A stretch of DNA of 63,602 nucleotides, the filler included. It is 4 parts of 4 records of this genome, joined end to end, with 100 filler letters (N's around TTAATTAATTAA, not from the genome) between each part and the next. Parts side by side here need not be neighbours in the genome. Positions count along the whole stretch, not along the records: positions 27,114 to 57,621 come from SRR20825010_828; 3 more parts are not named here. One strand, written 5' to 3'. Each line of letters starts with the position of its first letter. Position 1 is the first letter of the stretch. The position numbers and the translations under genes are program-made. The notes beneath the pieces are model-generated. The model saw only the letters and a program-made list of their open reading frames with translations, searched no databases and was not told the origin of the DNA. Of this stretch, positions 32,655-42,085 are shown piece after piece.

Positions 32655-33167
32655 CTATTTTGGTCGTTTGTAGACAGGTACGGTGCTGCAAGGTTCTCCA
32701 TACATGATGCTAGCAGCATGGGGAAGTACTTTTTGTGTGAGCCGGAAATAGGCATAATCCCGATTTTGTAGATTGCCACAGCCTTTGATGACCAATTTAG
32801 CATCCTGGATCGGTTGTGATTCAACGAGTTTGTCAATGGCCTGATCGATGATGGCTTTTTCCAGATCGCTTTCATTACCAATGGTTACGATGTTCGCAAC
32901 TGCGGAAAGCTTCGCCGCAATCAACATATAGGCCCAGGAAGGAACAATCGCATCAGCAGAGCAGTGTACATTGACGTTTTTACCACGATAGATTTCCCAA
33001 TCAAATTCCTTGATAAACTGGCGGAAATCCTTTTCGCGCAGCAACAATTCCTGAAAAAGCGTTTGTTTCAAATCGAAATCAGCAAGTTCGCTACGATCCA
33101 TGAAATCATCCATATCTATGGACAAAAGGGCGGAATTTGCTACTCGGTTTACAATTTCTTCCATCAC
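32655..33167 (-). CDS. DUF2480 family protein
   Basis: 'EIVNRVANS.L', 'LLREKDFR', 'CSADAIVPSWAYML', 'SIMYGEPCSTVP'. Confidence 0.88.
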   Translation of the reverse strand: MMEEIVNRVANSALLSIDMDDFMDRSELADFDLKQTLFQELLLREKDFRQFIKEFDWEIYRGKNVNVHCSADAIVPSWAYMLIAAKLSAVANIVTIGNESDLEKAIIDQAIDKLVESQPIQDAKLVIKGCGNLQNRDYAYFRLTQKVLPHAASIMYGEPCSTVPVYKRPK

Positions 33168-33853
33168 ACGTTCAACTTCGCTTTGGGTAAATTAGTTCGG
33201 TATTCCTTGAGGTATTCGGGCTCAAAGTAAGCCAGATCTTCGAATTGCTTCTCCTGAAATTTCTGCTCGAGGAGTTTGCCTACTGCAAATGCATTGGGAT
33301 AAACCTCCGCCTGTGTTTTTATGTTCGGTTTAGCAGCAAAAAGCTCCTCACACTTTTCTGCTCCATTCCCAACAAGTACAATTTCCCGATCACCAAATGC
33401 ATCAAATGTGGTTTCGTCCAATATAAGTGGTTGAGATTGCCACAAAAACTCTCCCTTCAAATCCCGGAGATTGCAAAAAACTTCCATCCTGCGTGCATCA
33501 ATCATAGGGCAGATTAGGGCATCCGGATTGGCCATTTGCTTTACCGCTTCATACATCGAGTCGAGGCTATCGAAGGAAATAAGTGGAAGATTTAATCCGA
33601 AACATAAACCCTTTGCCGTGGAAGTACCGATCCGCAAACCGGTATAGGAACCCGGCCCGGCTGAAATGGCCAACGCATCCAAATCAGAAAGTTTCATATC
33701 GACGTTTTCCAGCAGCTGATTGACAATAGCCGGTAATAGTGAGGAATGCGATTTCTGTAAATGATAGGCCTGGTGGGCGATTTCCTCACCATCCTGATGG
33801 AGGCCAATGGAGCAAACTTTGGTGGATGTATCAATAGCCAGAATCAAACCCAT
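33164..33853 (-). CDS. tsaB: tRNA threonylcarbamoyladenosine biosynthesis protein TsaB
   Basis: 'ILAIDTST', 'GPGSYTGLRIG', 'PMIDARRMEV', 'FEPEYLK'. Confidence 0.96.
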   Translation of the reverse strand: MGLILAIDTSTKVCSIGLHQDGEEIAHQAYHLQKSHSSLLPAIVNQLLENVDMKLSDLDALAISAGPGSYTGLRIGTSTAKGLCFGLNLPLISFDSLDSMYEAVKQMANPDALICPMIDARRMEVFCNLRDLKGEFLWQSQPLILDETTFDAFGDREIVLVGNGAEKCEELFAAKPNIKTQAEVYPNAFAVGKLLEQKFQEKQFEDLAYFEPEYLKEYRTNLPKAKLNV

Positions 33854-33861
33854 ATATAACC

Positions 33862-35514
33862 CTAGTTGACTTTAAGGATTTCATTATAGCGGTTCGCATC
33901 ATTCAGTACTTTGATTGCCTCCGCTATTTCTTCATCTCGATTGAAGGATGATTCTACGATACCATCTTGCAGGTAGTAACGACTGCTGATTTCCTGCTCC
34001 AAAAGTGCTTTGATCTCAGCCTTAAATGTTAGCAAATCCTGCTCCTTGTTGTGGAGGGTCGCCTTTTTCAATGCCTCAATTTGAGCCTCAATATCCTGAT
34101 AATATTTTTCCTTTTTGGAAGTAGAGATCAGGTGTTCAATATCCTTTTCAACCTGGGTGGTATAATCGTAATCTTTGCCTTCTAGCCACCTCACAAATGC
34201 ACTGTATTCTTCATCCGAAATGCGAAAATCTTTCGCCGGTGCTATGGTCGTATTCTCGAAATGATATTTGGTAGCATAGTGAAAAACCAAATCCTTGCGC
34301 ATAAGCCCGTAGGTGATTGGCGCATAATTAAATGGTTCCACGGAAATATCGGGATCTACCCCACCTCCATCATACACCACCCGACCTTTGGATGTTTTGA
34401 ATGCCACCTTTAAAGAATCAGGAATTTTTCCCACGCTTCCATCTTCATTCCTATGGCTATAGTCGATAGCCTGAATGCAACGACCACTTGGGATGTAATA
34501 CTTGCTTGTAGTGACTTTTAGCTGCGAATTATAAGCCAATGGCCTTGTTTGCTGCACAAGCCCCTTTCCGTAGGTTTTCTGACCGATTAGAACACCTCTG
34601 TCATAATCCTGAATCACACCTGAAACGATCTCTGCAGCGGAGGCACTTCCCCTGCTTGTCAAAACCACCACAGGTATTTCCGTATCGGTGGCCTCATTCA
34701 GTGTGTTGTAAACCCGTAAATCTTTAGTCAGTTTTCCTTTGGTCGTTACCACTTCCCGCCCTTTCCCTACAAACACATTCGACACATTCACTGCCTCATT
34801 CAACAAACCACCCGGATTGCCCCGAAGATCAACGATGATTTTAGTCGCTCCGTCTTCCTTCAATTCATTTACTGCATTTTTCACTTCAGAACCAGCTCCT
34901 GTGGTGAAATCAGTCAGCTTTAGGTAACCGATATCCGCTGTGACCATGCCATAATAAGGCACATTGTCAATCGTAATTTTTTCTCTCTGCAAACTCACAA
35001 CAAATGGTTCGTCGTGTCCAAATCTTTTGACCTTCAGTTTAATTTCTGATTTGGACTGTCCTTTCAGCAAACGACTAATCTCGTCGGGGGCTTTTGTATT
35101 CAAATCAAGACCATTGATTTCCAGAATCTGATCTCCTGCACGTAAACCAGCACGTTCAGCCGCATATCCTTTGTAAGGCAAAACGATGGTGCTGATTCCA
35201 TCCATTTTGTCCACCAAAGCCCCAATTCCACCATATTCTCCGGTAGTAATGGTGCGGTAGTCTTCAATATCATCTTCAGGAATGTAATCGGTGTAGGGGT
35301 CAAGCGAGGACAACATGGCGTCTAATCCCGTTCGCATCAGCTTGTTTGGATTGATTTCATCCACATAATAGGAATTGACTTCCTTGAATGCGGTGATGAA
35401 AATATCGAGGTTTTTGATGATTTCGAATGAGCGATCCGTAACGGGTGCATTAAAAGCGAAAATCAAAAGACCCGTGACAACCATTACCGAAAATGCCTTA
35501 TACCTTTTTTTCAT
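33862..35514 (-). CDS. Carboxy-terminal processing protease (S41A) with PDZ domain
   Basis: 'LDPYT', 'YGGIG', 'DLRGNPGGLL', 'SASAAEIVSG', 'TYGKGLVQ'. Confidence 0.95.
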   Translation of the reverse strand: MKKRYKAFSVMVVTGLLIFAFNAPVTDRSFEIIKNLDIFITAFKEVNSYYVDEINPNKLMRTGLDAMLSSLDPYTDYIPEDDIEDYRTITTGEYGGIGALVDKMDGISTIVLPYKGYAAERAGLRAGDQILEINGLDLNTKAPDEISRLLKGQSKSEIKLKVKRFGHDEPFVVSLQREKITIDNVPYYGMVTADIGYLKLTDFTTGAGSEVKNAVNELKEDGATKIIVDLRGNPGGLLNEAVNVSNVFVGKGREVVTTKGKLTKDLRVYNTLNEATDTEIPVVVLTSRGSASAAEIVSGVIQDYDRGVLIGQKTYGKGLVQQTRPLAYNSQLKVTTSKYYIPSGRCIQAIDYSHRNEDGSVGKIPDSLKVAFKTSKGRVVYDGGGVDPDISVEPFNYAPITYGLMRKDLVFHYATKYHFENTTIAPAKDFRISDEEYSAFVRWLEGKDYDYTTQVEKDIEHLISTSKKEKYYQDIEAQIEALKKATLHNKEQDLLTFKAEIKALLEQEISSRYYLQDGIVESSFNRDEEIAEAIKVLNDANRYNEILKVN

Positions 35515-35905
35515 CTGCCTGAAGTTTTAGATTTTGTAAACGATTCAAAAGTAGAATTAGTTTTTCTTCTATCGTGTGATAGGACAAGATTGTTCGGTCA
35601 AGATAAATAATCGCGAGGTGATAGTAGGGAGATTCCCCCTGAAAGACCTGGAATTTATTGAGCCTGTAAGCCTCCCGGATCCGGCGCTTCAGCAGGTTTC
35701 GATCCACGGCACGCTTGAACTTCTTTTTCGGAACTGAAATCAGAAGCTTGTTTGTGGTGCATACCTCGCTCTTATCCACATACTTTAATAAAAGCGGGTG
35801 CAAATAAAAAGAGGAACCATGCTTAAACAGCTCCTCTATATTTTTCTTGCCAGTAAGCTTTTCCTCCTTAGGAAAAGTAAATCTGATGTGGCCTGAACCG
35901 GTCAT
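35498..35905 (-). CDS. rnpA: Ribonuclease P protein component
   Basis: 'FPKEEKL', 'SVPKKKFKRAVDRNLLKRRIREAYR'; follows rpmH. Confidence 0.95.
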   Translation of the reverse strand: MTGSGHIRFTFPKEEKLTGKKNIEELFKHGSSFYLHPLLLKYVDKSEVCTTNKLLISVPKKKFKRAVDRNLLKRRIREAYRLNKFQVFQGESPYYHLAIIYLDRTILSYHTIEEKLILLLNRLQNLKLQADEKKV

Positions 35906-35919
35906 AGGCCAAAGTTTAA

Positions 35920-36075
35920 TTATTTCTTATGCATCTGGTCAGAAACTGTAAGTTTCTTTCTGCCTTTTGCTCTTCTTCTGGCTAACACAGCTCTACCGTT
36001 TGCAGATTCCATTCTGGATCTGAATCCGTGCTTATTTTTTCTTTTTCTTACTGAAGGTTGAAATGTCCTTTTCAT
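35920..36075 (-). CDS. rpmH: 50S ribosomal protein L34 (absent from ORF track)
   Basis: Hand translation [51 protein letters not shown] (51 aa). Confidence 0.98.
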   Translation of the reverse strand: MKRTFQPSVRKRKNKHGFRSRMESANGRAVLARRRAKGRKKLTVSDQMHKK

Positions 36076-36140
36076 AATTCTGTATTATTTATAAAAGGGC
36101 CTGAGGCTCCTTTAAAATTTTCTCCCCTAAAAATGGAGTG

Positions 36141-36148
36141 CAAAGATA
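36141..36148 (-). promoter_or_regulatory. Bacteroidota -7 element for the rpmH-rnpA operon
   Basis: TATCTTTG on the minus strand, 65 nt upstream of the rpmH start. Confidence 0.7.
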
Positions 36149-36223
36149 TAAATAAAAATTAAAGTTTAAAGACTATTACCCAAAGATTCCATCACAAAAT
36201 ATAGTTGAATCAAAATCGGGTTT

Positions 36224-37225
36224 TTATGACTTAAAAACGTCCCTTAAAATTTGCTGAATCTGGAACTGCTCCAATCTCGGTCCGAATTTGGAAACAACAA
36301 CTGATGAGGCCTTGCTGGCCAGTTTACCCGATGAAGCCAAGGTATGACCGTGCGTCACCCCGTAAAGGAACGCCCCACAAAACATATCTCCGGCACCCGT
36401 AGTATCCACAGCGTCTACCACATAAGATTCGATATCTATAAAGGTATCACCATCAAAAATGGATGCTCCGTTTTTCCCCATGGTAATCACGAACTTCTTG
36501 GCCACCTTTTTTAGTGCTTCTCTTGCTTCAAGTAAATTAGAAGTGTCTGTAAAAAGCATAGCCTCCTCTTCGTTGCAAAAAAGCAAGTCCACACCATCAC
36601 CCACTACTTCGATCATCTGATCACGGAAATACTTCACCATTGCAGGATCGGAGAACGAAAGGCTCACTTTCACGCCGTTCTGCTCGGCTATTTTTTTGGC
36701 TTGCTTCATGGCGGCCCTGCCTGTATCGGATGAAACAAGATAGCCTTCTATAAAAATGTATTCTGAATTTTTGATTGCAGCCTCGTCGAGTTCCTTTACG
36801 GAGAAATCAGAAGTGATTCCCAAAAAGGTGTTCATCGTGCGCTCTGCATCTGGAGAAACCATCACCAGACATTTGCCAGTAATTCCTTCTTCAAGTGTTT
36901 CAGGTGAAAGGTTGGAGTCCACTCCTGCTTCTTTCAATCCATCCAAATAGAATTTTCCATCCTGATCGCTGGCAACTTTGCAGGAATAATAGGCTTCACC
37001 ACCAAACTGAGCCAATGAAATGATACTATTCGCAGCAGATCCACCGCTTTGTCTTTTCTTGATGTTGTTCTGAACGACGGATAGTAGTGTAGTTTGTCTT
37101 TCCTCCTCAACTAGAGTCATCAACCCCTTTTCTACTTCGTTTTCCGCAAAAAACTGATCCTGAACTTCGATCTCATAATCCACAACTGCATTGCCAAGAC
37201 CGTAAACGTGATATTTCTTACTCAT
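36224..37225 (-). CDS. PfkB-family carbohydrate/adenosine kinase
   Basis: 'GLGNAVVD', 'GGSAANS', 'DAERTMNTFLG', 'DTTGAGDMF'. Confidence 0.92.
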   Translation of the reverse strand: MSKKYHVYGLGNAVVDYEIEVQDQFFAENEVEKGLMTLVEEERQTTLLSVVQNNIKKRQSGGSAANSIISLAQFGGEAYYSCKVASDQDGKFYLDGLKEAGVDSNLSPETLEEGITGKCLVMVSPDAERTMNTFLGITSDFSVKELDEAAIKNSEYIFIEGYLVSSDTGRAAMKQAKKIAEQNGVKVSLSFSDPAMVKYFRDQMIEVVGDGVDLLFCNEEEAMLFTDTSNLLEAREALKKVAKKFVITMGKNGASIFDGDTFIDIESYVVDAVDTTGAGDMFCGAFLYGVTHGHTLASSGKLASKASSVVVSKFGPRLEQFQIQQILRDVFKS

Positions 37226-38120
37226 TTGATAGTTGATTGTATCTATTCGGATAATCTGTGATCAAGCCGTCTACTCCCCAACTGATGAGGCGTTTCATAT
37301 CTTCCGGCTCATTCACTGTCCAGGGAATCACTTTCATCCCTTTTTGGTGAAGTTGATCTACATTTTCACGCGAAAGTAATACAAAATCACAACTATAGAT
37401 CGGTGGAGTGAATCCCAGCGTCTCCAGATTTTCCTGGATAGAATCCACATTTTCGATCAGAACAGCCAATCGAACCTGAGGATAATTGGCATGGAAGTAT
37501 TGCAAAATCCGGAAATCAAAGGACTGTACCGTGATCCTGTCCCAGTCGATATTTCCGTTCAATTCATTAAAAACCATGTCGGAAAACGCTTTGGATCCTG
37601 GATGAAAAAGCCCATCCCCCCTTGGTTCGCTTTTGATTTCGATGTTGTATGCTACTTCCGGGAGGTTTTTTGCTTTGGTGTAGGTTTCTACCGAATCAAT
37701 TACCTGTTTCAAAAGAGGTTTGTTGATTTTCATCTTGACCTGCTCGGGGAATCTCGGATGTGGCTTTGAGCCACAATCGTAAAGGGAAATCTCCTCGAAG
37801 CTCATCTGATAGATGTTGTACGACAATTGTGCTGAATCCGGGATTTCGTTACCAGCTTTATCTAAGCAATACTCTGAACCCATGTAAGGCTCGTGACTCA
37901 CCAACAGTTCTCCGTCTTTAGTCACCGCCAAATCCATTTCGAGGGTGGTCACTCCCAAATCTACAGCCAGTAGAAAAGCAGGAAGGGTGTTTTCCGGCAT
38001 CAAGCCACGTGCGCCTCGATGACCCTGAATATCAAATTTCATCTCTTTTTCTTTTGTGGCATTGGTGCATGCCATTGTGGCTGCTAAAGATACTAGAATG
38101 ATTGCTTGTATAAACTTCAT
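37218..38120 (-). CDS. Glycerophosphodiester phosphodiesterase, lipoprotein
   Basis: Lipobox TMAC, 'GHRGARGLMPENT', 'EMDL', 'NIEIK', 'WTVN', 'GLITDYP'. Confidence 0.93.
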   Translation of the reverse strand: MKFIQAIILVSLAATMACTNATKEKEMKFDIQGHRGARGLMPENTLPAFLLAVDLGVTTLEMDLAVTKDGELLVSHEPYMGSEYCLDKAGNEIPDSAQLSYNIYQMSFEEISLYDCGSKPHPRFPEQVKMKINKPLLKQVIDSVETYTKAKNLPEVAYNIEIKSEPRGDGLFHPGSKAFSDMVFNELNGNIDWDRITVQSFDFRILQYFHANYPQVRLAVLIENVDSIQENLETLGFTPPIYSCDFVLLSRENVDQLHQKGMKVIPWTVNEPEDMKRLISWGVDGLITDYPNRYNQLSNE

Positions 38121-39181
38121 GATAAAAACTTGATTCGTGTGAAAATGTAATCCAACGTCTCCTCATTGAGTACCATGCGGTAATAATCGGAGTTTTTAAG
38201 TTCCTCCGGCTCATATCCCGACTGCTGAAGATATTTTTTGCTGATCTTTTTGTCGAACCAATGCACCAACCGGATTTTTTCATCTTCAATTTCCAAACAA
38301 GTCATGCCGCGCTTGCCAATCACACAGCCGGAATTGAACAAACACGGAATGTGGAAAATGGTGTTATAAACGTAGTTCTGAAAGTTCGTATCCTCGTTCC
38401 TTTTATAGTACTTCTTCAGATCCTTCTTATTGGCTTTGATGCTCTTCTCAATCCATTCATCCGGGCCATTCATATTGGCCAGCTCTCTACAGAGTTCCTC
38501 AATTTTATATCTGAGTCGCTCCACTTTATGCATGGACTCGAACAAAGGTCTGTGGGTGTGCCCAATTACTGAGGCTATTTTATTGTAGGCCGAATAGCCA
38601 TACACCCGCTTCTCTATGTTGTATTGCTTCGTGCTGTTGTGGGCGACCGAATAGTTTCTGATGCCCAGTGGATTTGCGAGGTATTTCAGTGTCAATCCGA
38701 TGAGCTGGTTATGCGCCTGAAATTTTTTGGACGCCTGGTGGCCGTGAAAAATGAAAAGATCGTCTTCCTTATAATGCAATTTGAATGCATCGAGCAGCTC
38801 GTATTGAAACGGATTGTCATTTATAAGCGAAAGCTTCAAATCATGATTCCCAATCGTCTTGAGCAATCGGGTCTTTTCTGCAAATCCATCGAAGATTTTA
38901 TAGACTTCCGGCCAGCGTTTACTGATTTTTTTCAAAGAAAAACGCTGAAGCTCCTCGATATCCCCATTGAGAATCAACGAAAAATCCTTTTCATAATAAT
39001 GCTCCTTTAACGCACGTTGAAAAAGATCTGAATTTGCCTTAAAGTCGTCGTTGGACCCACCATCACCCATGTGCAGGTCACTGAAAATAACCCATTTGTC
39101 TTTTTTTTGCAGCTCAAAAGAAGGAGCCTCATTGAAAAGCAAATCCAGGTTCTGATAGACTATTTTATTGTCAATTTTCAC
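38117..39181 (-). CDS. Calcineurin-like metallophosphoesterase
   Basis: 'SDLHMG', 'LNGD', 'GNHD', 'HGH', 'GHTH' motifs. Confidence 0.88.
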   Translation of the reverse strand: MKIDNKIVYQNLDLLFNEAPSFELQKKDKWVIFSDLHMGDGGSNDDFKANSDLFQRALKEHYYEKDFSLILNGDIEELQRFSLKKISKRWPEVYKIFDGFAEKTRLLKTIGNHDLKLSLINDNPFQYELLDAFKLHYKEDDLFIFHGHQASKKFQAHNQLIGLTLKYLANPLGIRNYSVAHNSTKQYNIEKRVYGYSAYNKIASVIGHTHRPLFESMHKVERLRYKIEELCRELANMNGPDEWIEKSIKANKKDLKKYYKRNEDTNFQNYVYNTIFHIPCLFNSGCVIGKRGMTCLEIEDEKIRLVHWFDKKISKKYLQQSGYEPEELKNSDYYRMVLNEETLDYIFTRIKFLS

Positions 39182-39416
39182 TTCATGGCGTTAATCCAGC
39201 AACAAACTAACGGTTAATTGTTGGCTTTTACCAGAACATAGAGCTTACTTAATTATTAACTGTAAGTTAAATCCCGCAAAAACAATCTTTACCACAACAA
39301 GGGCTTCCTGCAGGCGGATACCCTTATTTCTGAGAAAATCACCCATTGTCAGAATGGGCAGGTTTAGGATTTCACGTAGCTTTTTACTAATTTATGAGGC
39401 TAACAACATTAGAACT

Positions 39417-39875
39417 ATGGTAAAAAGTTATAGAGGTGTGCAGGTAGAAAAAGCTGCAGTAACCAAACCAGCGGTGACAGTAGCGGATTACATGTCCACC
39501 AAGTTGATCACCTTCACAGCAGATCAGCACATGGACGAAGTAATCAACTCCTTATTAAAAAACAGAATCTCCGGCGGCCCGGTCGTGGATGAAGATGGTG
39601 CCCTCATTGGTGTGATCTCTGAGGGTGACTGCATGAAAGAAGTGGTACGCGGCAAATACAATAACATGCCCAACCTCTCCGGAAAAGTTGCAGACCACAT
39701 GTCTACCAACGTAATCAGCATCGCCCCCGAAACCAATATTTTCGATGCTGCCGACATGTTTTTAACCAAGCGCATCCGACGTTTTCCGGTAGTTAGTTTT
39801 GGAAAACTCCTTGGCCAGATTTCACAGAAAGACATCATGCGTGCGGTGCATAACCTGAAGAGTTCGACCTGGTAG
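39417..39875 (+). CDS. CBS-domain pair protein
   Basis: 'VADYMS..LIT', 'ISGGPVVD..G.LIGVISEGD', 'RRFPVV..GKLLGQIS'; start set at MVKSYRG. Confidence 0.92.
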   Translation: MVKSYRGVQVEKAAVTKPAVTVADYMSTKLITFTADQHMDEVINSLLKNRISGGPVVDEDGALIGVISEGDCMKEVVRGKYNNMPNLSGKVADHMSTNVISIAPETNIFDAADMFLTKRIRRFPVVSFGKLLGQISQKDIMRAVHNLKSSTW

Positions 39876-39877
39876 GA

Positions 39878-39907
39878 GCTTTTGGCTATTCGCTGTTGGC
39901 CTTTGGC
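39878..39907 (+). repeat. Degenerate 7-bp tandem array (GCTnTTG), copy 1
   Basis: GCTTTTG GCTATTC GCTGTTG GCCTTTG GC; 26/30 identical to 43478-43507. Confidence 0.75.
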
Positions 39908-40014
39908 ACTTAGGAAAACTGAAAGTTTAAAGTGGAAAAGTAAGCACTTCTCCGTTTTCTCAGATTCGCTGCGGTTAAACCGATGCAGTTACTTATTGAG
40001 CAAATATTCTGGTG

Positions 40015-40042
40015 GTCTTTGGCGATGGGCCTTTGGCTTTTG
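40015..40042 (+). repeat. Degenerate 7-bp tandem array, copy 2
   Basis: GTCTTTG GCGATGG GCCTTTG GCTTTTG. Confidence 0.6.
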
Positions 40043-40110
40043 ATTCTCTGAAAAGTACGAACCTTACTCAAATACGAGATTCAACCCTCCTTTCATTCCG
40101 TTTATAATGA

Positions 40111-40171
40111 AACCACGGAGAAACAAAGAACACAGAGTTGCTCCCTCTGTTTTCTCAGGTTCTCTACGGTT
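40111..40171. repeat. Imperfect 27-bp inverted repeat
   Basis: AACCACGGAGAAACAAAGAACACAGAG / CTCTGTTTTCTCAGGTTCTCTACGGTT, 20/27 complementary, 7-nt loop. Confidence 0.7.
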
Positions 40172-40303
40172 AGATAGATACTTGTGAATTTTGGCGAAGG
40201 AACGGAATGCGTCGCAGGCTCTTCTGAAATCGGTAATTGCCTCTATTTTCTGGATTTATGATTCCCAAATCTTAAATTGTACATCCATCGATGATTGTCA
40301 GAA

Positions 40304-41914
40304 ATGAAAAGCCTGCTCCTAACCTTATTTTTCGTGCCTTGTGCGCTGTTTGCTCAAGTTGACACACTTCAAAATCAAATAAAAGCGAGGGGAGAAAGTG
40401 AAGCCACAGTGGACTGGTTGAACAAAGCCATCCAGCCACTGAACAGAACGGACCCCAAAAGTCTGGAGAAGTACGCCCGAATTGCTTTAGCTATCGCAGA
40501 GCGTATTCATTATTTTGATGGCATTGCGGATGCGGAATATTTGATCGGCTTATCGTTTTGGCAGAGGGACTTGCATCAGCAGGCCATGGAGCATTATTTG
40601 AGGACCCTACAGATCTATCAGGAAAATAAAAACGATTACAAAATTGCTACCACACTTGTGAGTATCGGTAGCACTTACGATGAGCTTGGTCAGCGAGAGA
40701 AAGGAAAAACCTACATTAAAAACGGCCTGGACATATTTACCCGGCTAGGCGATGAGAATAAGATCTCAGGAGCACAATTGAATCTCGGCGTGATTCATTT
40801 CTACGAAGAGCAATACGATTCCTCACTCTATTATTTTGATCAGGTACTTGCCTATCGTATTTCACAAAAGGATACTTCCCGGATCGCCCTGCTTTATCTG
40901 AACCTGGCCAACGTTTATGAATATCAAAACAACATCCAAAAAGCCAATGAACATTACCGGTTGGCTCGAACCATGGCCGACACTTCCCAGCTTATTATTT
41001 GCAATATTTACCTTGGTTTGGGAAATGGCCTTTTGCTTGCAGGAGCCGAAAAGGAAGGATTAATTTATCTTGATTCGGGGCTGCAAGTGGCCCAAGCAAA
41101 AGATCAATCTTACATGCGTCAGGTGGCCTATTCAAGCTATAAAGAGCATTATATCCGAAAGGGCCTTTACAAAGAAGCGCTGGATTATCTCGAAAAGGAA
41201 TATGCTCTGGACAAAGAGATTCGAGGGGAAGAAGTGCAATCTCAGATAGAAGTGCTAAACCTGAAATATGAGGATGAGAAAAAGGAAAAACAACTGGCGG
41301 TGCTGGAAGCCGAAAAGGCCAGAAAAGATCTCTACCTGATTCTATCACTGGTGCTTGGGACTTTTATTCTTCTCATTGGCATCCTGATTATCGTTTTGCT
41401 ACGCTTGAAAGTCAAAAACGGAAAGCTCAAGGAAAAAGAGCTCAAAGATCAACTCGATTATAAAAGCAAAGAATTGACTTCTTATGCACTAAACTTTATT
41501 CAAAAAAATGAACTGCTCAGCGAACTCAACGATAAGGTAAATGAGCTCAAAAATGAGTCCTCAGACAAATCGACGCAAGGCTTGAACCAACTCAACCGTA
41601 TGATCAATGGCAGCCTGAGAATCGATCAGGACTGGGAAAATTTCAAAATGATGTTTGAGGAAGTACATGCGGGCTTCTTCTTTCGATTAAAAGATTCTTT
41701 TCCCGAACTGGGGAATGCCGAACTAAAACTCTGTGCGCTTTTGCGACTCAACATGAACCTGAAAGAGTCATCGCGAATACTCGGAATCTCTTCCGATAGT
41801 GTGAAAACAGCAAGAAGCCGATTGCGCAAGAAACTGGGTTTGAGCACAGAGGAAAATCTGGTTGATTTCCTGATTCGCTTCGATGCAAAATCAAAATACG
41901 AACTGATCGCCTAG
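40304..41914 (+). CDS. Membrane-spanning one-component regulator: periplasmic TPR repeats, TM helix, coiled coil, LuxR-type HTH
   Basis: Signal peptide MKSLLLTLFFVPCALFA; TPR-like repeats (LNLG..H..YDSSL.YF); TM 'LYLILSLVLGTFILLIGILIIVLL'; 'FPELGNAELKLCALLRLNMNLKESSRILGISSDSVKTARSRLRKKLGL'. Confidence 0.9.
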   Translation: MKSLLLTLFFVPCALFAQVDTLQNQIKARGESEATVDWLNKAIQPLNRTDPKSLEKYARIALAIAERIHYFDGIADAEYLIGLSFWQRDLHQQAMEHYLRTLQIYQENKNDYKIATTLVSIGSTYDELGQREKGKTYIKNGLDIFTRLGDENKISGAQLNLGVIHFYEEQYDSSLYYFDQVLAYRISQKDTSRIALLYLNLANVYEYQNNIQKANEHYRLARTMADTSQLIICNIYLGLGNGLLLAGAEKEGLIYLDSGLQVAQAKDQSYMRQVAYSSYKEHYIRKGLYKEALDYLEKEYALDKEIRGEEVQSQIEVLNLKYEDEKKEKQLAVLEAEKARKDLYLILSLVLGTFILLIGILIIVLLRLKVKNGKLKEKELKDQLDYKSKELTSYALNFIQKNELLSELNDKVNELKNESSDKSTQGLNQLNRMINGSLRIDQDWENFKMMFEEVHAGFFFRLKDSFPELGNAELKLCALLRLNMNLKESSRILGISSDSVKTARSRLRKKLGLSTEENLVDFLIRFDAKSKYELIA

Positions 41915-41972
41915 CCATCGCAGAAACTCCCAAAAAGAGGAACAGCTTCAGCACCAACATGTTGTCGTCTTT

Positions 41973-42063
41973 TGTACACCTCTTGTTTACCTGCATTGCT
42001 CGCTTGGTTTACCTCCTGTTCACCTCCATTTCTTTAGTCCGATACCAGGCGCAAATACTTTTG
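41973..42063 (+). promoter_or_regulatory. Four 11-bp-phased direct-repeat boxes plus -7 element upstream of the GNAT-like gene
   Basis: TGTACACCT 41973, TGTTTACCT 41984, GGTTTACCT 42006, TGTTCACCT 42017; TACTTTTG at 42056-42063. Confidence 0.72.
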
Positions 42064-42085
42064 CTGCAGAACAAATTCACAGCAA

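Noticed and set aside
40278-40286. TGTACATCC just upstream of the regulator as an autoregulatory box
   Set aside because: Single copy, two mismatches, no phased partner or matching -7 spacing.
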